Shown: piece by piece, positions 1-12,151 of the stretch
Layout of the letters: each line of letters begins with the position of its first letter
How positions within the stretch are numbered: the first letter of the stretch is position 1
Program-made: the position numbers and the translations under genes
NCBI GenBank assembly: GCA_965216565.1
Contig: OZ244170.1
Span: 4,320,001 to 4,384,000, forward strand
Reading direction: 5' to 3'
Origin: Bythopirellula sp.
GTDB lineage: Bacteria; Planctomycetota; Planctomycetia; Pirellulales; Lacipirellulaceae
DNA length: 64,000 bases
The notes under the pieces: model-generated
What the model was told of the DNA's origin: nothing
Database searches by the model: none
The model's input: the letters and a program-made list of their open reading frames with translations, nothing else

Positions 1-1
1 A

Positions 2-949
2 GATACTTGGATTGCTGCCTCCGACGTAGTGCCGGGCGAGCGGAGCGTTGTCCATCATGTGATCGTCTTTATTAGCCCGCCGGAAGAGCGCAGCCGCCGC
101 GGGCTCGGTTGGCTTGCTGCTTATGTGCCGGGCCAGAGTTCGATGCAATTGCCCACCGGTCAGGCGCGACTGGTGCCGGCAGGTTCAAAATTGATTTTCC
201 AATTACATTACACGCCCAACGGGTCGCCCCAAGAAGACCTCACCAAGATCGGACTTGTATTTGCCGAACCAGAGACGGTTACCGAGGAGATCATCACGGT
301 CGTGGCCTTGGAAGAGAAATTTGAAATACCCGCGCAGGTAGAAAACTACAAAGTCTCCACAACACGTCGGCATTGGCCGGCCGCAGGTCGGTTATTGGCC
401 ATGTCGCCACACATGCACGTGCGGGGCAAGTCGTTCCGTTTCGAGGCGATTTGGCCGGAAGGATCCGAGGAGCGTCGCGAGATATTGCTCGACATCCCCA
501 ACTACGATTTCAATTGGCAAAACAGTTATCAACTAGCTGAGCCGATTGAGATTCCCCAGGGCTTCGCGATTGAATGCATCGCTCGCTACGACAATTCCGA
601 GCAGAACTTGGTGAATCCCGACCCCAATGCAGTGGTGCGTTGGGGAGATCAAACCTGGGACGAAATGATGATTGGTTTTTTCGAAGTTGCCGTGCCCCGT
701 GGCTATTGGGAATCGAGGCAAAGTCGTCAACCAAAAGAGCCCTCCGCAGCCGACAAGGAGCGAGCCCAAAAAACGGCCGATACTTTGTTTGAACGATTCG
801 ATGCCAATCGCGATGGGCGCATCGACCGAGACGAATTGCCCTCCACGTTCCGAATCTTTGCTTTTCATCGGTACGACTGGAACGACGATCGTGTGATCAC
901 CATCGAGGAAGTCTACAAGTTTGCCTTGGAGTCGGACGGCCATGGATAG
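2..949 (+). CDS. 5'-truncated copper type II (PHM/DBH-like) monooxygenase-domain protein with C-terminal EF-hand-like motifs
   Basis: Frame is open to the window edge. It has HHVIV, QLHY, PHMH and DEMM copper-ligand-like motifs, plus DANRDGRIDRDE and DWNDDRVITIEE EF-hand-like loops. Confidence 0.7.
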   Translation, partial: DTWIAASDVVPGERSVVHHVIVFISPPEERSRRGLGWLAAYVPGQSSMQLPTGQARLVPAGSKLIFQLHYTPNGSPQEDLTKIGLVFAEPETVTEEIITVVALEEKFEIPAQVENYKVSTTRRHWPAAGRLLAMSPHMHVRGKSFRFEAIWPEGSEERREILLDIPNYDFNWQNSYQLAEPIEIPQGFAIECIARYDNSEQNLVNPDPNAVVRWGDQTWDEMMIGFFEVAVPRGYWESRQSRQPKEPSAADKERAQKTADTLFERFDANRDGRIDRDELPSTFRIFAFHRYDWNDDRVITIEEVYKFALESDGHG

Positions 950-1028
950 CATAATCCCGGGCTGGATGCTGGAACGAATGAAATTGCCGACTCAACCTCG
1001 CAGATAACACGAAACAGACTAGACGCAA

Positions 1029-3347
1029 ATGAATTGGCTTGCTGAATGCTTTGCTCGGGCGCGCTGGTCGTTCGGTTTGTTTCTTCTGGTGATGAGTTCT
1101 CTGGCCATTTGGGGCTATCGACCCCAACCGGCCGAACGCCCTGCGGTTCGTAGTTTGGATGAGTTGGCAGAGAGCCAGGATGCTGAGCCCGAGGAGGTTG
1201 TTGAGGACCTGCTCGATACGTCCCAAGTCACGAGCGAGTTTAATCTCAATCGTAGCGACGCTTTTCTGGTAGTGGAGTGCAGCGATCTCTTTCGTCCCGA
1301 GTCGGCCCGGGCGCTGCGTGCGATGGTGGCCGCGGTCGAGGGCTTGCCAGTCGTCGATACGGTATTTTGGCTGGACAATGTTCCGATGCTCAATGTCTTT
1401 GGCTTTGCCGAGCCGTTGTTTCCGGAGAACGATGCTTCGAGCGAGAGCTTTCGCCAAGCGGAGCAGCGCCTGCTAAATCATCCCTTGGCTCGTGGCCAGT
1501 TGATCTCTCCCGATGGCAAAACGTTGATGATGCCACTCGTCTACGATTGGCTTTATCTCGAAGAGAATGAAGATCTGACCACATCGGTAGTTCAAGCTGC
1601 CGATCGGGCGATCGAAGAGCAACTAGCGACACTCTCTGAGGCAGACCGCCCAGAGTTTCGTGTGCGGATCACAGGGAGGATTCCGTTGTTCATTGCGCAG
1701 GAGGCAGCCTTTGATCGAAACCAGGTTGTCTTCCGCACGATTGGCTATGGGCTGGCTTTGCTGTTGTCGATCATCATGTTTCGGGGCTTCTCGGCGGTGT
1801 TGATCCTCTCTGCCGCACCTATGCTGGGCGTGTTCTGGAGTTTCGGTCTGCTGAAGTTCGCCGGCGTGTATATCAACGAGCTTTCCACGGTCGTCATGCC
1901 TCTGTTGGTTTCGATGATTGGCCTTACCGATGGTGTGCATTTGTTGGTGAACATTCGCCGTCGCCGCGTGGCGGGGGACACCCCCTTGGAAGCATCCAAG
2001 TGGGTGATTTCTCACGTGGGAGTGGCGTGCCTGCTCACTTCGCTGACGACGGCCATCGGCTTTGGTTCGCTAATGCTTGCCGAAAGTCGATTCGTGCAGG
2101 AATTCGGCGAAGTGTGTATGTACGGAGTATTAATTGCATTTTTGGCGGTGATGTCTTTCATTCCTTTTATGGCCAGTACTTGGCTGGGGAATCGTATTCA
2201 CCATGGCGATCAACGCGACCTGGTCGGCCCCCTGGTCGCCCGTTTTCTGCCGATGGTCGACTGGATTCTCAAGCGGAGATTACTGGTCTCAGGGTTGTCC
2301 ATACTTGTGACACTCGCGATGCTGGCCACCTCGCTGGCGCTGCGACCTGACAATCGCATTGCCAATCAGTTGCCGTCCACCACCGATGCCTACCGGGCAC
2401 TTAGCCATTGCGACGATCAGTTTGGTGGAATCGATTTCTTACAAGTGTGGCTGCGCTGGCCGGAGGAGATGTCCAGCGATGCCCCCGAGATTCTCGCCGC
2501 GGTACGCGACGTCGAGAAGGTGGTCTCCAACGAACCGCTAGTCAGCCATCCCCTTTCGATTCGCAGTATGCTGGCCTCATTTCCCGGTGGGGCCGATGAC
2601 CTGCGGACGCAGATGACCTTTTTGTCCTTGCTGCCGAACGAGCTGCGCGGGTTTTTCTTTCGACCAGAAAACCGTCGTGCCTTGATTGTTACCCGTGTTC
2701 AGGACAAAGGCATTGCACAGTACGTACCGGTGTTTGACCGGATGGACGCAGAACTGGAGAAGTTACAGAAAACGCACGCTGGCTTCGAGTTTTGGCTGGG
2801 TGGGGGTCCGATGTCTCGTGCTAGAAACCTCTACCAGATTGTCATCGATCTGGCGACGAGCCTGGGAGTGGCATCGATCATCATCCTGGTTGTATTGGCA
2901 ATTTTCTACCGATCGTTGCGGATCGGCTTGATCTCGGTGGTGCCCAACATGTTTCCGCTGGTGGCGACCGCCACGCTGCTGGTGGTGATGGGCGAGCCGC
3001 TCTACATGTCGAGCGTTTGTGCCTTTACTGTTTGTTTGGGGATTGCCGTGGACGATACCATCCATTTTCTCTCGCGTTTTCGCCAGGAGGTAGCCGTTGA
3101 TGGCGACACAGAGAACGCCATCCGCCGGACATTTCAGCATGTGGGGACCGCCATGGTGATGACCACCGTCATCTTGGTCTCCGGATTCATGGCGATGCTG
3201 CTCTCCGACCTCCCGGCACACCGCATTTTTGCCGCCATGGCTTGTGCAACCATCGGTTCAGCCATCGTCGGCGACCTGATTGCCCTGCCCGCTTTGCTCT
3301 CTTGCTTTGCAAACGAGGAGGGAACACGCAAGGTACAACCGGAATAA
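1029..3347 (+). CDS. MMPL/RND-family transporter
   Basis: 772 aa with two TM bundles separated by extracytoplasmic domains; IGLTDGVH and GIAVDDTIH motifs. Confidence 0.85.
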   Translation: MNWLAECFARARWSFGLFLLVMSSLAIWGYRPQPAERPAVRSLDELAESQDAEPEEVVEDLLDTSQVTSEFNLNRSDAFLVVECSDLFRPESARALRAMVAAVEGLPVVDTVFWLDNVPMLNVFGFAEPLFPENDASSESFRQAEQRLLNHPLARGQLISPDGKTLMMPLVYDWLYLEENEDLTTSVVQAADRAIEEQLATLSEADRPEFRVRITGRIPLFIAQEAAFDRNQVVFRTIGYGLALLLSIIMFRGFSAVLILSAAPMLGVFWSFGLLKFAGVYINELSTVVMPLLVSMIGLTDGVHLLVNIRRRRVAGDTPLEASKWVISHVGVACLLTSLTTAIGFGSLMLAESRFVQEFGEVCMYGVLIAFLAVMSFIPFMASTWLGNRIHHGDQRDLVGPLVARFLPMVDWILKRRLLVSGLSILVTLAMLATSLALRPDNRIANQLPSTTDAYRALSHCDDQFGGIDFLQVWLRWPEEMSSDAPEILAAVRDVEKVVSNEPLVSHPLSIRSMLASFPGGADDLRTQMTFLSLLPNELRGFFFRPENRRALIVTRVQDKGIAQYVPVFDRMDAELEKLQKTHAGFEFWLGGGPMSRARNLYQIVIDLATSLGVASIIILVVLAIFYRSLRIGLISVVPNMFPLVATATLLVVMGEPLYMSSVCAFTVCLGIAVDDTIHFLSRFRQEVAVDGDTENAIRRTFQHVGTAMVMTTVILVSGFMAMLLSDLPAHRIFAAMACATIGSAIVGDLIALPALLSCFANEEGTRKVQPE

Positions 3348-3442
3348 CAATACTGACGCTCTTGCAGCGATAGTCGATTGACTATGCCGCGGGCCTCTCG
3401 AACCAGTACAATGAAGTGACTGTCCCCTTTAGTAGCAACGCC

Positions 3443-4024
3443 ATGATCCAGATTGTCGATAATTACGATTCCTTCACCTACAACCTCGTCCAGCGGTTGG
3501 GCGAGATCGATGCGTCGCTGGAAATCCGTGTCGATCGAAATGATGAGACGACGGTCGATGAGATTTTGGAACGTAAGCCCGAACGCGTGATTATCTCCCC
3601 AGGGCCTTGCACACCGAATGAGGCAGGGATTTCTGTGGAGTGTGTCAGCAAGTTTGCCGGCAAACTTCCGCTACTGGGTGTGTGCCTGGGCCACCAATCC
3701 ATTGGACAGGCGCTGGGCGGCAAAATTGTCCGCGCGGGGCGTTTGATGCATGGCAAAACCGATCTCATTCACCACGATGGGACCGGGCTCTTTGCGGGGC
3801 TCGACAATCCGCTGCAAGCGACTCGCTACCATAGCTTAGTCATCCAACCCGAGTCGATGCCGGAGGAACTCGAGGTAACCGCCTGGAGCGACGCACCCAA
3901 CGGCGAGCGAGAGATAATGGCCGTCAAGCATCGAGAACTGCCGTTGTTCGGCTTGCAGTTTCATCCGGAGAGTTTCCTTACGCATGCGGGTACCGACCTG
4001 TTGCGCAACTTCCTGGCGATTTGA
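3443..4024 (+). CDS. trpG: Anthranilate/aminodeoxychorismate synthase component II (glutamine amidotransferase)
   Basis: IVDNYDSFTYNL, ISPGPCTP, GVCLGHQ, RYHSL and QFHPES motifs. Could equally be pabA. Confidence 0.92.
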   Translation: MIQIVDNYDSFTYNLVQRLGEIDASLEIRVDRNDETTVDEILERKPERVIISPGPCTPNEAGISVECVSKFAGKLPLLGVCLGHQSIGQALGGKIVRAGRLMHGKTDLIHHDGTGLFAGLDNPLQATRYHSLVIQPESMPEELEVTAWSDAPNGEREIMAVKHRELPLFGLQFHPESFLTHAGTDLLRNFLAI

Positions 4025-4027
4025 AAA

Positions 4028-5236
4028 ATGATTTCTGTTCGCGAAGCCACAGAGTATGTCGCTCAATGGGCCAAAGCATTGCCCGCGGCAGAGGTTCGGT
4101 TTGACGATGCGATCGGTTTGCAACTGGCAGAGCCGGTGGTTAGTTCTGTTGATTCGCCTCCCTTCGACAAATCAATGCTCGATGGCTACGCGGTGTCGAT
4201 CCATGACCAGGCTCCCCAGCGCAAGATCATTGAAGAAGTTCTCGCCGGTGGTGTCCCCCATCATGCCGTGGTGCCGGGGGCCACAATTCGCGTGATGACC
4301 GGTGCCCCCACCCCCGACGGTGCCGACGCTGTGATCAAGCACGAGGATACGAAGCTACTTAATGATTCGACGGTCGAAATCCCTGCGGAACCATTGAAGG
4401 AAAGTGCCGGCATCATGCGTCGGGGCGAGGCATTTCACTCTGGCCAGCAACTCTTAGACGCCGGCAAACGCCTCACGCCGATCGATCTGGCCCTGTTGGC
4501 GGAGATTGGCCAGTGCAGCGTGCGGGTGATTCCCCGCCCGCGGGTGGCCGTGCTTTCCACAGGCAATGAATTGGTTGAATGCGGTACGGCGGTTGGCCCT
4601 GGCCAAATCACGAATAGCAATGGCCCTTTGCTGCAATCCACTCTGCAAGCGGTCCATGCAAAGCCGATCGATCTGGGGATCTGTCGGGACGATCCAGATC
4701 GGCTCCGCGAAGCGATGAGTGAGGGCCTCGAAGCAGACATACTCTTGGTCACCGGCGGTGTTTCGGCCGGGGTGATGGACTTGGTGCCTGGCGTGCTGGA
4801 GGAGTTGGGCGTCAAACAGGTATTTCACAAAGTCAAAATGAAACCCGGCAAACCGATTTGGTTTGGAGTGAGAGAGCGCGAAGATCGTCGCACGCTCGTG
4901 TTCGGGCTGCCCGGCAATCCGGTGAGCGCGCTGGTAGGCATGGAACTGTTTGTCAAACCGGCGCTGCGGGCACTTAGTGGCGAGGTATTTGCCCCGCCCC
5001 GCACAACTCCTGGCGTGCTAACCACAGAAATCGGCCACAAGGGTGGACGTCCAACCTACTATCCTTGCTCCATCGATTTTGAGAACCGAGACTCCGGCAG
5101 AGCAACCGTTGCCACGCTCCCTTGGCGAGGCTCAGCCGACTTGGCCGCGCTCACACGAGCAAATGCGTTGGTGGTCTTACCTGATGGCGACTATGTGTAT
5201 GAGCCGGGGCAAGAAGTCGAAGTGATCATCCTGTGA
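4028..5236 (+). CDS. moeA: Molybdopterin molybdenumtransferase
   Basis: PPFDKSMLDGYA, MTGAP, STGNEL, TGGVSAG, KPGKP and GLPGNPVS motifs. Confidence 0.93.
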   Translation: MISVREATEYVAQWAKALPAAEVRFDDAIGLQLAEPVVSSVDSPPFDKSMLDGYAVSIHDQAPQRKIIEEVLAGGVPHHAVVPGATIRVMTGAPTPDGADAVIKHEDTKLLNDSTVEIPAEPLKESAGIMRRGEAFHSGQQLLDAGKRLTPIDLALLAEIGQCSVRVIPRPRVAVLSTGNELVECGTAVGPGQITNSNGPLLQSTLQAVHAKPIDLGICRDDPDRLREAMSEGLEADILLVTGGVSAGVMDLVPGVLEELGVKQVFHKVKMKPGKPIWFGVREREDRRTLVFGLPGNPVSALVGMELFVKPALRALSGEVFAPPRTTPGVLTTEIGHKGGRPTYYPCSIDFENRDSGRATVATLPWRGSADLAALTRANALVVLPDGDYVYEPGQEVEVIIL

Positions 5237-5259
5237 TATCCTTCTCTGGAATGCCAAAG

Positions 5260-5332
5260 AGCTGAACCGCTACTGTTTACCCGCCGTGGTGGGCGGTCCG
5301 TCAAAAGCCGGAGGCAGGTGTGCCTCCGGCTA
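5260..5332. repeat. ~73-bp palindromic REP/MITE-like element, copy 1 (inverted relative to 8207-8281)
   Basis: AGCTGAACCGCTACTGTTTACCCGCCGTGGTGGGCGGTCCG...GCCGGAGGCAGGTGTGCCTCCGGCTA. Contains a perfect 11-bp hairpin AGCCGGAGGCA/TGCCTCCGGCT. Lies between convergent moeA and katG. Confidence 0.85.
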
Positions 5333-5347
5333 GACAGTGATCGTAAC

Positions 5348-7642
<2,295 letters not shown>

Positions 7643-7664
7643 TTAAATCTCTGTAGGTCATTTC

Positions 7665-8099
7665 TTATCCGGCTGCACTCGTGGTCGCGCGGAGACATTT
7701 GGGACAGGTGCCCCAGTAAATCACTTCCGCCTCGTCAATCTGGTAGCCTGAATCGGCGGCGGCTGTTAAACATGGCGTATCGCCAACCGCACAGTCGACG
7801 TCGACGGTCTTTCCGCAATTGCGACAAATGAGGTGATGGTGATTGTCACCAACACGATCTTCGTACCGGGCAGGTGATCCCGCGGGTTGGATGCGGCGGA
7901 TAATGCATTTCTCGGCCAGCATGCCAAGCGCGTCGTACACGGCTTGTCGTGAGATGGTGCCGATCTCACCGCGAACGGATTCGGCAACTTCATCGGCCGT
8001 GCAGTGGGGCCGACGCGATACGGCCTGCAACACGGCAATACGCTGAGCAGTCACCTGCAGGCCATGTTTCCGGAGCGCTTCGGCGGGTTCGCTGGACAT
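7665..8099 (-). CDS. furA: Fur/PerR-family regulator, FurA-like
   Basis: [35 protein letters not shown] and [14 protein letters not shown] closely resemble actinobacterial FurA. Directly upstream of katG. Confidence 0.88.
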   Translation of the reverse strand: MSSEPAEALRKHGLQVTAQRIAVLQAVSRRPHCTADEVAESVRGEIGTISRQAVYDALGMLAEKCIIRRIQPAGSPARYEDRVGDNHHHLICRNCGKTVDVDCAVGDTPCLTAAADSGYQIDEAEVIYWGTCPKCLRATTSAAG

Positions 8100-8105
8100 G
8101 CCCGG

Positions 8106-8151
8106 ATCATAGAGCAACTATGGATTTTGTCAAGAATTAGAACCAATCTAT
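8106..8151 (-). promoter_or_regulatory. Sigma70-type promoter of furA-katG with adjacent candidate Fur/Per box
   Basis: Minus strand reads TTGACA (8133-8128), N16, TATGAT (8111-8106), then 6 nt to the ATG at 8099. An imperfect palindrome TTAGAACCAATCTAT sits at 8137-8151. Confidence 0.7.
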
Positions 8152-8206
8152 TTTGACGGCGTTCGACTAGCGATTGCCTGCCATTGAAAATCAGCGCGCA
8201 TTGCAT

Positions 8207-8281
8207 TAGCCGGAGGCACACTTGCCTCCGACGAATCAGCGGACCGCCCACCACGGCGGGTAAACAGTGGCGGTCCGGCTA
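8207..8281. repeat. ~75-bp palindromic REP/MITE-like element, copy 2
   Basis: Its reverse complement aligns with 5260-5332. The unit has 8-bp terminal inverted repeats TAGCCGGA/TCCGGCTA. Confidence 0.85.
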
Positions 8282-8304
8282 TCGAGCGAACACTATCCGA
8301 CGGC

Positions 8305-10428
8305 CTACAGGCTGCGCTCGATGAACCCGAAGTCTAGCGAGAGAACGAACAGCATCAGTGACACGATGCAGACGAAGCCAACGGTGTGCAGGGCGACCAC
8401 GAAACGTTCATTCGCAGGTCGACCACGCAAACCCTCGTAGGCCAGAAACACCATGTGCCCGCCATCCAGCAAAGGAATCGGCAAGAAGTTGATGACTGCC
8501 AGGTTTGCACTCAGCATCGTGAGGAACACCAGCAGTTTGCCGACCCCCTCGAAAGCCGAGTAACCGGCCGCTTGGGCAATCGTCACCGGACCACCTAGCG
8601 AGGTGGCTGGGACCTGGCCCGTGATAAGTTTGTTCAGGAATCGGTACACCAGAGTCAACGAACGTACCGTTTCGTTCCAGCCCAACTCTACTTGTTCTCG
8701 GAACGAATTTGCGATGCGAATCTCTTGCGTCGGTTCCAAGTTGAACCCGCGATCTGCCAGGAATTGTCCAGCGATTGGCTCGGGTTCCAGCGTGACCTCT
8801 TCGACCTTGTCACCGCGCTGGTAGGTGAGTTTCACTTTGGCACCCACATAGTTCTGCATGCCGAGGATAAAAGACGGCCAGTTTTGCTTGTCTTTCTCTG
8901 TGAAGTCGATTTCCTTCGTGCTCTTGTCATTCGACTCACTCTTGGGCAAGATGAATTCCGCTTTGGTGATGACGTCACTATTCTGCAACCCTGCTTTGGC
9001 TGCCGGGCTGTCGGGCACAACTTCGTCCACCCGGTTTAGAACATGCATGGCGATGCCCATTGCGGGTATTGAGAGCGGTTCGCCTTCGACCGGTACTGAA
9101 GATTCCACCCAGTCGACTTTACGGAGGGGCAAATCAATTTCCTCGTCGGGACTTTGCTCGTCACTTCCAGATGACGAGTGACGGACTTTCAAACGCACAG
9201 CACGGTTTTCTTCCGCAAGTTGAGCGAGTTGATAGGGCAAGGAGATCGGGTCGTCCAAAACCCCATTGGGTGCAATTTCCTCGTCTGCCGATTGATCGGC
9301 AAAGGAGATGTCGTCGATGAAATCGCCCGGCGTAATTCCCTTTTCCTCCGCTTCGGATCCACTTTCGACCGCTGCCACCTTTCCCTTTTCCATTATCAGC
9401 CCCAGTCGCAGCATCGGGCGGGGTGCGACCTCGATGGTCACTTCCTCACCACCTTCAGTCGGGCCAAAGGGATTGTTCTCGGGCGGAGTGCCCCCACGAC
9501 GGACCGTGATGTTGACTGGCTGATCGGCCTTGGCGAGCATCAGCGAACTAAACTGGCGGTAGTCGTCGACCTTGGTGCCGTCGACCGCAATGATTTCGTC
9601 TTTAGGCTCAAACTTTTTCTCGGCACTAGCGGCTGGGGAATCGGGCAGAACTGGCTCAAACCGGCTCATGCGTAACGACTTGGGCAGGAACATTCCCACC
9701 TTGGCCATGCCGGAGCCCTGCTTCGGTTTCATGTTCAGCCGCTCGACCTCGCCCGTATCCGCCCGGCGGACAACAAAGGGAATCCCATTTTCCAAGTCGC
9801 CGAGAGTCACGCCCCCCTTGAGCTCGGTGAAGGAGGGATTCTCGATATCACCAATTTGAATGATCTCGTCGCCGGTGCGCAGTCCTGCTTCCCAACTTGC
9901 AGAGCCCACGGTAGTGTGCGACACCACGCTCGGGATGTAAGGGACACCTATGCCGAAGGCGATCACCGCAAAGATCACCGCAAAGATGATGTTCATGATG
10001 ACGCCGGCAGAGATAATGGCCATTCGCTGCGGAACGCTCTTTGCCAGGTAGCTTCGTTTGTCTACCAGATAGGTCTTGCCGTCGGGCCCCGTGATTTCTT
10101 TGGATTCGATCTCACCCCCGCCACTGACTTCCGATTCGCGCACCTGTTCGGCGATGTTCGCCGGGTTGTCGTCCTGCCCGAGCATCTTTACGTAGCCACC
10201 GAGGGGCAGAATGCCAATGCCGTACTCCGTCTCGCCCCATTTGCGACTGATCTTGTAGCCACCGATGTCGAAGCCAACGAAGAATTTTTCGCATTTCACG
10301 CCGCACATCTTAGCGACGGCAAAATGCCCCAGTTCATGGACGAAGATCACCGTCCCCAAACCTAGCGCCACTTGCAAAATGACAAGCAACCAGTCGCCCA
10401 TTTGTGCGGGATCCAACGATCCGATCAT
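8305..10428 (-). CDS. rseP: RIP (M50) membrane zinc metalloprotease with multiple PDZ domains
   Basis: HELGH, PLGGYVKM and NFLPIPLLDGGH motifs. ATGA overlap with the dxr stop. Confidence 0.92.
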   Translation of the reverse strand: MIGSLDPAQMGDWLLVILQVALGLGTVIFVHELGHFAVAKMCGVKCEKFFVGFDIGGYKISRKWGETEYGIGILPLGGYVKMLGQDDNPANIAEQVRESEVSGGGEIESKEITGPDGKTYLVDKRSYLAKSVPQRMAIISAGVIMNIIFAVIFAVIAFGIGVPYIPSVVSHTTVGSASWEAGLRTGDEIIQIGDIENPSFTELKGGVTLGDLENGIPFVVRRADTGEVERLNMKPKQGSGMAKVGMFLPKSLRMSRFEPVLPDSPAASAEKKFEPKDEIIAVDGTKVDDYRQFSSLMLAKADQPVNITVRRGGTPPENNPFGPTEGGEEVTIEVAPRPMLRLGLIMEKGKVAAVESGSEAEEKGITPGDFIDDISFADQSADEEIAPNGVLDDPISLPYQLAQLAEENRAVRLKVRHSSSGSDEQSPDEEIDLPLRKVDWVESSVPVEGEPLSIPAMGIAMHVLNRVDEVVPDSPAAKAGLQNSDVITKAEFILPKSESNDKSTKEIDFTEKDKQNWPSFILGMQNYVGAKVKLTYQRGDKVEEVTLEPEPIAGQFLADRGFNLEPTQEIRIANSFREQVELGWNETVRSLTLVYRFLNKLITGQVPATSLGGPVTIAQAAGYSAFEGVGKLLVFLTMLSANLAVINFLPIPLLDGGHMVFLAYEGLRGRPANERFVVALHTVGFVCIVSLMLFVLSLDFGFIERSL

Positions 10429-11588
10429 GCATATACCCAACGTGAAACCTCCTCGCGCGCCCAACTGTCGAGTTCGATCAACTGAGCAAGTGTGGGATTC
10501 GCCTCAAACGAGTGCGATTCCAGGATGCTCCGGCAAGCCGGAACTATTTCTGTAAAGTGTAGCTCACCATCTAAGAATGCCTCAACGGCAGCTTCGTTGG
10601 CAGCGTTCAGCACGGCCCCGGCGCTGCCACCACGGCGGGCACACTCCAGGCCCAATTCCAAGGCAGCAAGCTGACGCTCACTGGGGGGGTACAACTCTAG
10701 GGTCAGGCTCCGGCTCCAATCGAGTTGGCGTGCCACACCCGGAACTCGATCAGGATAATCCAATGCGTATTGAATCGGCAGCCGCATATCGGGCGGACTC
10801 ATTTGAGCCATGATTGAACCATCGACGAATTCCACCATCGAGTGCACCACCGATTGCGGATGAATCATTACGTCGATTGCATCGGCGTCAATGCCGAACA
10901 ACCAACGGGCTTCGATGATCTCAAGACTCTTGTTCATCATCGTGGCAGAATCGATTGTGATTTTCGGCCCCATGTCCCAAACGGGATGCTCCAAGGCCTC
11001 GGCGACGGTTACTCGTTTGAGATCGTCGTCGGACATATGGCGGAAAGGCCCCCCGCTGGCCGTCAAGACCAGGCGTCGTACCTCTTCCGGCTTGCCAGAT
11101 TGCAGGGCTTGGAAAATCGCGCTGTGTTCACTGTCGACCGGCAGCAACAGGGCCCCCCGCTGTTTGGCCAATTCCGTAACCAGGGGGCCAGCCATCACCA
11201 GCGTTTCTTTATTCGCCAGGGCTACGGTTTTCTTGCTCTCCAATGCAGACCAGGTGCTTTCCAGCCCTGCCCTGCCCACGATCCCTGCCAGCACCAAGTC
11301 GATTTCGTCATGGGCAACCACATCGGACAGTTCGTCTGACCCAATCAGTAACTCACAGCCAGCGGGTAAATTGCTGAAATCGAACGAAGCGGCTGCCACC
11401 GGATCGGTTGCGATTACCCAGCGAGGGCGAAACTCGATGGCCTGATCTATAAGACGTTCCAGCTGAGAGTGGGCTGAGAGGGCAACTGCCTGCAGTCGGC
11501 CTTCGCTTGCAGAAATCACATCGAGCGCACTAGTACCGATGCTCCCCGTCGAGCCGAGAACAGCAACCTGTTTAGTGCTTGGAGCCAT
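10425..11588 (-). CDS. dxr: 1-deoxy-D-xylulose-5-phosphate reductoisomerase
   Basis: LGSTGSIG, LANKE, PVDSEHSA, LTASGGPF, WDMGPKITIDSATMMNK and NAANE motifs. Confidence 0.97.
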   Translation of the reverse strand: MAPSTKQVAVLGSTGSIGTSALDVISASEGRLQAVALSAHSQLERLIDQAIEFRPRWVIATDPVAAASFDFSNLPAGCELLIGSDELSDVVAHDEIDLVLAGIVGRAGLESTWSALESKKTVALANKETLVMAGPLVTELAKQRGALLLPVDSEHSAIFQALQSGKPEEVRRLVLTASGGPFRHMSDDDLKRVTVAEALEHPVWDMGPKITIDSATMMNKSLEIIEARWLFGIDADAIDVMIHPQSVVHSMVEFVDGSIMAQMSPPDMRLPIQYALDYPDRVPGVARQLDWSRSLTLELYPPSERQLAALELGLECARRGGSAGAVLNAANEAAVEAFLDGELHFTEIVPACRSILESHSFEANPTLAQLIELDSWAREEVSRWVYA

Positions 11589-11794
11589 GAGGATTAAGCC
11601 AGCAAACGCTGCACGGATGCAGCCAAATAAGGAATCAGGCCTGCGAAGTAGGCCTGAGCAATTGAGTCACCGAGAAATATACCGCGTGAAAGACCATCGT
11701 GCGGCGCACCAATCGGTCGTGAGCAACGTATGAATCGTAGGGATTGTCCCTGGCGGGTCCTGGCGCTACAACAGGAGCACGATTCAAGTCGGTA

Positions 11795-11823
11795 ATTCTA
11801 AGGAGGGACTAGAAGAGCCACAA
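11795..11823 (-). promoter_or_regulatory. Candidate sigma70 promoter for the dxr-rseP transcript
   Basis: Minus strand reads TTGTGG-N17-TAGAAT, immediately upstream of a structured leader. Confidence 0.5.
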
Positions 11824-12151
11824 CCCGCCCCAAGGGCTGTCAGTTGCCGTCTATTGGCTGATTTGCGAGCTCACAGCCAAGCTGGCAGCGGACCCCGGTC
11901 GCTCAGAGCCCAATGTCCACCAATCACTGCAGAAACTGCCAGGCAGGCCGATCGCAAGATCCTGAATGGCATAAGTTGAGTGAGGCTCATAACCAATGTG
12001 CCGACAATAGGCCCTGAGCGAATTGCTATCCGCTAGGAGAAGATTCTCGCAACGTTGTTTTTTCGCAAGTGCTATCTTAGTATGGACTAAGAACAAATCC
12101 GCTGAGCACAAGCAGGCTTCATCCGCAGCACACCAGGACTCGGAACCGACC

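Noticed and set aside
12023..12151. Long N-terminal extensions given by the ORF track (ftsH, also 29121, 30131, 44545, 26899)
   Set aside because: Downstream ATGs with better RBS, gene overlap or signal-peptide context are more plausible starts.
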